A DNA stretch of 64,000 bases, from positions 19,607 to 83,606 of the IMG/VR virus record IMGVR_UViG_3300043539_002606, one strand, 5' to 3'. This DNA comes from a virus. Under the pieces are notes generated by a model. That model searched no databases. It saw nothing but the letters and a program-made list of their open reading frames with translations, and was not told where the DNA came from. Shown one piece after another: positions 59,497 to 64,000 of this stretch; positions within the stretch are counted from its first letter, which is position 1; the number at the start of each line of letters is the position of its first letter. Both the position numbers and the translations under genes were made by a program.

Positions 59497-59526
59497 ATTA
59501 TACCACAGATTATGCTATTTGTAAAC
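59497..59526 (-). promoter_or_regulatory. Sigma70/T4-early-type promoter
   Basis: GTTTACA-N17-TATAAT with TGTGG extension. Confidence 0.78.
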
Positions 59527-59533
59527 AAAAAAA

Positions 59534-60469
59534 TCAATGAAATGCTCTATTCTTTTCAAAGTCCCCAAAATCTCCCCATTCACGATAGCTGCTTACTGTG
59601 TCAACATCTACTTTGGAGAGATTGCGATTAATATGTGCATCAGCTCCCACATTCATAAAGATTGCCCGCTCACTTGCTCTTTCAAAGAAAGCTGGCCAAG
59701 CTTTGGCATCATATGCCGCAGTAGTTGGAAATGGCACGCAGCTTGCCTGAGGATGAGGCTTTAAAAATGGCATTGTGGCAGTTTCAACAATTGCATCTCC
59801 CTTTTCACCCTTATGAATATTACGAGCAACAGCAACACCATATGCACCTGCTTCTGGCCAGCCAATCTGACATGCTCGAGTCATTGTGCCTGTTGATACT
59901 GCACACCATATTTCACGAGGCTCATAGCCTAATTGAGTGCTAATCTTATCACACATTCTTACCAGACCAGCAGTAACCATAGCATTTCCACTAAGACCAA
60001 ATGGCAGATATTGTGCATTATTCTCACTTGCCCATTGTTTAGCATAGCTGTTTAATACTGGCATTGCTGCAATACGAACAAATCTCATATCAACATGAGG
60101 ATATGCAAAGAGTGCTGCCTGATGATCACTTACTCGTTTACTGCTCGGACAAAAGAAAACAACCTTTTTATTATAGAGCTCAGCAAGCATGCTAATAGCA
60201 TCCATAGCGTGACCTTGTCGAGGCGCACAATAAACAAGTGTGTCATAAGGACTTTCAGCAACTACTCGCTCTGCACCAAATGCTTTTAATCCGCCTGGTG
60301 CAAGATCTGCTCGTAGCACATGTCTGCCACCTTCAACCGTTTCAACAACAGGATCATCAACCTTGCTCTTAAAATCTCCCCATAGTTCTCGATAATAATC
60401 ACGAGCCTCAGCTCGATTCATGCCCATCGGTATATCTTTATTTTCAATGCTGTCTGTTATGCTAAACAT
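59534..60469 (-). CDS. PLP-dependent (fold type II-like) enzyme of a putative DNA modification cluster
   Basis: VLRADL..GGLK (PLP lysine), IWCAVSTGTMT (phosphate loop), YDAKAW; probable start MFSITD. Confidence 0.72.
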   Translation of the reverse strand: MFSITDSIENKDIPMGMNRAEARDYYRELWGDFKSKVDDPVVETVEGGRHVLRADLAPGGLKAFGAERVVAESPYDTLVYCAPRQGHAMDAISMLAELYNKKVVFFCPSSKRVSDHQAALFAYPHVDMRFVRIAAMPVLNSYAKQWASENNAQYLPFGLSGNAMVTAGLVRMCDKISTQLGYEPREIWCAVSTGTMTRACQIGWPEAGAYGVAVARNIHKGEKGDAIVETATMPFLKPHPQASCVPFPTTAAYDAKAWPAFFERASERAIFMNVGADAHINRNLSKVDVDTVSSYREWGDFGDFEKNRAFH

Positions 60470-61452
60470 GTTTGTCCCCAATCTCTTCTACGATAATATT
60501 CTGGTGATAGATGTACGCTGCTGCTATTCTCCATATGGACCTTTGCAAACTTTTCACCGTCCATGCTATACCATTCATTTGGAGGAGATACTACTCTCCC
60601 ACCTGTTAGTTTATTTAGTGTATCAATATATCTCAATGTGAGCTCTAGTCGTGCCTCACGAGTGCCATAAAATGGAGTGCCCTTATAATAGCCAGTTTTT
60701 GGCAGCTTGCGCTCTTCATGCTCGACTGGCACTGGTGCGCTATAGTGTACTTCACAGCCATATTCACACCCAATTGCATCGCCTTGTTTGACATATTCTC
60801 GCAGCAGTTCATCAAGATTAAAGTTATCATGACGCAGCATGTGATGGCGAATGTCAATATTGCTAAGACAAAAAGTAATGTTTCCAAATGGTGTTATGCC
60901 TCTAAATTCATCTTTCAACCCACGTTTAAGTGTGCCATATAATGTTTTGCCATTTGCTCGAAAAACAAGATCGCTCTTTCGACTAAAGCTAGGGCTATGA
61001 CTATCACCAATTGTTATGCCATCGAAATGATTAACATATGCCTTTGGCAAATCTTCTTGAGCTAGCTTTTTTACGCGCTGCAGATTTTTGCTTAGCGCAG
61101 CACACCATTCCTCTGTTATGCCATGATATGTTGTTGGAGCACCAATTCTTTTTGCTAGCTGAGCTCCCCAATCGGGCATATCAATATCAAGACTGACTAC
61201 ATATGGATGTGCAGCGACTCGATTAATGCGATCATAGATTTCTTTTGTTGCTCCACCAAAAAGATTAAGTGTGCCGCCAAAATTGACACCATGTTCAATA
61301 AAGCAGACATCCCAGTTTAAAATATCTGGACTGCAGGCATGATCAATTAGAGCTTGCAGTTGATCACTCCATACACTGCTCCAGCCCAACACGTGACTAT
61401 TTTTTAGTCGAGGAATATTGCTAATCGGATTTGTAATTATTGCATCTGACAT
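60457..61452 (-). CDS. Hypothetical protein with an SGNH-like C-terminal half
   Basis: IGDSHS, NID.RHH, SVHLSP motifs. Confidence 0.55.
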   Translation of the reverse strand: MSDAIITNPISNIPRLKNSHVLGWSSVWSDQLQALIDHACSPDILNWDVCFIEHGVNFGGTLNLFGGATKEIYDRINRVAAHPYVVSLDIDMPDWGAQLAKRIGAPTTYHGITEEWCAALSKNLQRVKKLAQEDLPKAYVNHFDGITIGDSHSPSFSRKSDLVFRANGKTLYGTLKRGLKDEFRGITPFGNITFCLSNIDIRHHMLRHDNFNLDELLREYVKQGDAIGCEYGCEVHYSAPVPVEHEERKLPKTGYYKGTPFYGTREARLELTLRYIDTLNKLTGGRVVSPPNEWYSMDGEKFAKVHMENSSSVHLSPEYYRRRDWGQTCLA

Positions 61453-61458
61453 AATCTA

Positions 61459-61487
61459 AATATACCATATGGATGGCAATAAGTAAA
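61459..61487 (-). promoter_or_regulatory. Sigma70-type promoter
   Basis: TTTACT-N17-TATATT with TGG extension, just upstream of the ATG at 61452. Confidence 0.55.
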
Positions 61488-61490
61488 ACA

Positions 61491-62096
61491 TTAAATATTA
61501 TCGTTTTTATAATTGTAACTCTTCAAGCATAAAAATTCCCATAGACGTTCTATTGCCCATGGAGTTCTATACTTATATTCTGTTTCTTGTAAAATTGTAT
61601 TTGTAGGCCACTCTAAATTTTCTAATAGAGTCTGTGCAAGTGGCTTAAATTTAATGCAGCATTCATTACTCAATTTAAAATTAGCATATGGACAAAATGA
61701 CCACCAATTGGGGAGTTGAATATCACCCAATGATGCAACTTCTGCACACGGGAATTTCCAATGTGAACACCACGGTTCGCCGTAATGGTTAGACATATAG
61801 CAATAATCACCAATCCATTCAAATGGACTTTCAGTAAATTTACATAATAAATTTACGTCACTAATATGGTCAGATGGGTTACCCTGAGTAAAAACTGTAT
61901 TTGCTGCATATTCATTTGCATTTACTATATGCCAAAGATATGTATGAGACTCTCTGCCTATATTAGGTAAAACATTATCAAAAGACTGGTCTGTTCCTTT
62001 ATGATATATTGTAATTTTATCAAACCTTGAAGATATAGAATCTAACCATGAAAGATCTTCGTTATAATGTGATACTACTAATTCTGAATTTAACAT
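61491..62096 (-). CDS. DUF3431-like protein (glycosyltransferase-associated)
   Basis: VVSHYNEDLSWL, LPNIGRESHTYLWHIV, VFTQGNP.DH, ERLW. Confidence 0.78.
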   Translation of the reverse strand: MLNSELVVSHYNEDLSWLDSISSRFDKITIYHKGTDQSFDNVLPNIGRESHTYLWHIVNANEYAANTVFTQGNPSDHISDVNLLCKFTESPFEWIGDYCYMSNHYGEPWCSHWKFPCAEVASLGDIQLPNWWSFCPYANFKLSNECCIKFKPLAQTLLENLEWPTNTILQETEYKYRTPWAIERLWEFLCLKSYNYKNDNI

Positions 62097-62108
62097 AATT
62101 GAATTTAT

Positions 62109-63113
62109 TTATCTTGGATATACTTTAATGCTATCACTTCTTTTTGCTAGATCAAAACTATCTGGAAAAATCCAGTTATAAGGTATGCGTTTGGTTGGTC
62201 GCTTCTCACCACGACCAATCGCGAGATGTTTCCATGCGAAACATGTCTTGTCTTCACAATTCAACATCTTTTGACTTGTCATAGGATTACGAGGATCCTC
62301 ACAAAGTATTTTCATTTGTTGCAACCACAGTTCAGCTTGTTTGTTGAGCGGCTTAAATTCACCATCTTCATCAACATCATATTTGACTTTGCCATTAAGA
62401 TTATCTCCACCAAAGATTTGATGCAAGCCATCAAAATGGCCAGTGCCGCCAAAGAGAACTGTTTCAGGATCAACAAGATGAGGATAGCTCATAGCTATAT
62501 AGCGTGCAGTGTTTTTGCAAGGATAGAGAGGACTGCGAAAGCCTTGTGCTTTCTTAAAATAAGCCTCAAGCTTTTTAGCAAAGCCCATCATTGTATAGGG
62601 TTTGTCACGACCTTCAAAAATATCTTGCAAATCATGAGCTGCTCTCAATGGTCCATCAAGCAACCACTCTTTTACATTGGTGCCCTTTGGATAATAGATT
62701 TGGAAAAGATCATTACGAGCATGACGATTATTCACAAAATGTTGTCGTGTTGCATCAATGCCATGATCCTTTAATAGTTTGAAAGTGCCCCAATGTTCAT
62801 TACTAAAAGAGAACACAAGCGTATAGAACAATCGATCAACTGGATCTGTTACCTCTGCCATCTCATAGCAATATGGATGTTCATGCCAATGCAATCGGTG
62901 AGAAAAGATTTGATAGTCATCTCTTAATAAACGATCATCACGCTCATCAAAGACTCGACAAAAATTAAAAAATGCTTCAAGCCGCGTATCAAGGCTATGT
63001 TCTCGCATCCAGCTGTCAGTTGGTTTTTTGCCCTTCATGGGAACATCAACAAGTTCTGGCCAGACAATATCGATTGTTGGCTCATCAATAAATTCGCTTA
63101 AACTGTTTTGCAT
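62109..63113 (-). CDS. Putative amino acid:DNA transferase / aGPT-Pplase-like protein (HhH-glycosylase fold)
   Basis: Paralogous layout to the upstream gene: YP.....LFGGTG..DGL and NCEDKTCFAWKH versus NAEDVCCDFIRW. Confidence 0.55.
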   Translation of the reverse strand: MQNSLSEFIDEPTIDIVWPELVDVPMKGKKPTDSWMREHSLDTRLEAFFNFCRVFDERDDRLLRDDYQIFSHRLHWHEHPYCYEMAEVTDPVDRLFYTLVFSFSNEHWGTFKLLKDHGIDATRQHFVNNRHARNDLFQIYYPKGTNVKEWLLDGPLRAAHDLQDIFEGRDKPYTMMGFAKKLEAYFKKAQGFRSPLYPCKNTARYIAMSYPHLVDPETVLFGGTGHFDGLHQIFGGDNLNGKVKYDVDEDGEFKPLNKQAELWLQQMKILCEDPRNPMTSQKMLNCEDKTCFAWKHLAIGRGEKRPTKRIPYNWIFPDSFDLAKRSDSIKVYPR

Positions 63114-64000
63114 AGATCTTTATATTGTTGCACGCTCATGCCTGCACTCTTAATTATAGCATCATCACTAGGATGATTTTTCATGCCATTAAAACTCTTT
63201 ACAAGCCCAAGCTCTAGCATTGCCTTTTGTCGACCATAAGGATGATCTTTAATGCGGCAGCTGCTCCAAACTTGATCAAGATCTAGATGATCATAGTCTG
63301 CACCGGGTCTAATAAAATTTTCAATCCATCTTATAAAATCACAACATACATCTTCAGCATTATATGGCACACTGCCTGTATCGGCATAGATACGCATCAT
63401 AATCTCATCAAGAAAAGCATCAGCTGACATTTTAACAGTTGGCTTTGCAAGATAGCCTATGCACTCCCGAGCATTTGTGCCATAATAGAATAGACTATCT
63501 CGATGCACAAACTCTGGCAGCCAGTCGGCAATGTCAGCAACAATTGCAGCATATTGAAATGCATAGCGTTTCAAGCCATGCGCACTATTCCAATCAAGCA
63601 TCCAATCACCAATCTCTCGAAGAGTTTTGCGACCACCACATTCAAGGTATCGTGCAAGATCGTATGCTAGATTTGGTGCAAATTCACAGAGATAATAATC
63701 ACCGCCTCGTTTATAACCATCTGGTGGTTTTGGAAAGCTTGGAAATTGATAGCCACAGCTTGTGTAAAAAGGCTTTGGATGATTCTTAACAATGGTTGTC
63801 ATGTCATCAATGCTCTGCGCCGTGTGTAGATTAAAGAGCAGTGTATTGTGATAGCCACTTGGTTTTGTGGCATAGTTGATCGCGCTGCCGCATACTCGAT
63901 GCAAGATAAAGACATAGAGCCATTCTGGCAAACCAAAGCTACGACGCTTATCAGTCCAGTTTTGAGCAACTGCAACTCTATAGGCATGCGCTTCTCCATT
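63098..64000 (-). CDS. Putative amino acid:DNA transferase / aGPT-Pplase-like protein, 5' end outside the window
   Basis: Frame is open to the window edge; LHRVCGS, FYTS.GYQFP, FQYAAIVADIAD, YGTNA.ECI, EDVCCDFIRW. Confidence 0.62.
   Translation of the reverse strand, partial: NGEAHAYRVAVAQNWTDKRRSFGLPEWLYVFILHRVCGSAINYATKPSGYHNTLLFNLHTAQSIDDMTTIVKNHPKPFYTSCGYQFPSFPKPPDGYKRGGDYYLCEFAPNLAYDLARYLECGGRKTLREIGDWMLDWNSAHGLKRYAFQYAAIVADIADWLPEFVHRDSLFYYGTNARECIGYLAKPTVKMSADAFLDEIMMRIYADTGSVPYNAEDVCCDFIRWIENFIRPGADYDHLDLDQVWSSCRIKDHPYGRQKAMLELGLVKSFNGMKNHPSDDAIIKSAGMSVQQYKDLCKTV

Noticed and set aside
1-64000. Introns, inteins, homing endonucleases or stop-codon reassignment
   Set aside because: Core genes are of normal length and uninterrupted; TAA, TGA and TAG all act as stops.

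Overview
This window is a 64 kb segment of a T4-like (Tevenvirinae-related, environmental/cyanophage-style) myovirus genome, mostly encoded on the minus strand. It contains gp46/gp47/gp55, a glf (UDP-galactopyranose mutase) insert, uvsW/uvsY, the head-neck-tail core (gp3, 23, 22, 21, 67-like, 20, 19, 18, 17, 16, 15, 14, 13), a holin-like gene, about 20 kb of fibre/accessory virion genes, the baseplate cluster (DUF4815-type, gp8, 7, 6, 25, split gp5, hub, 53, 48; on the + strand gp4, 54-like, 26, 51-like and tape measure), gp32/59/33 and the start of a probable DNA-hypermodification cluster. The most notable items are: (1) a holin translationally coupled to a two-TM protein made of a chemoreceptor-type four-helix ligand-binding domain with no signalling tail, a candidate environment-sensing lysis regulator; (2) an identical 48-bp promoter-plus-double-hairpin element present twice, 13.4 kb apart and antisense to the surrounding genes; (3) a probable -1 frameshift joining gp26 to a gp51-like ORF just upstream of the tape measure gene; (4) pervasive leaderless late transcripts; (5) gp5 split into an OB-CHAP gene and a beta-helix spike gene with an HxH tip. 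All family assignments come from motif recognition by eye; no database searches were run.
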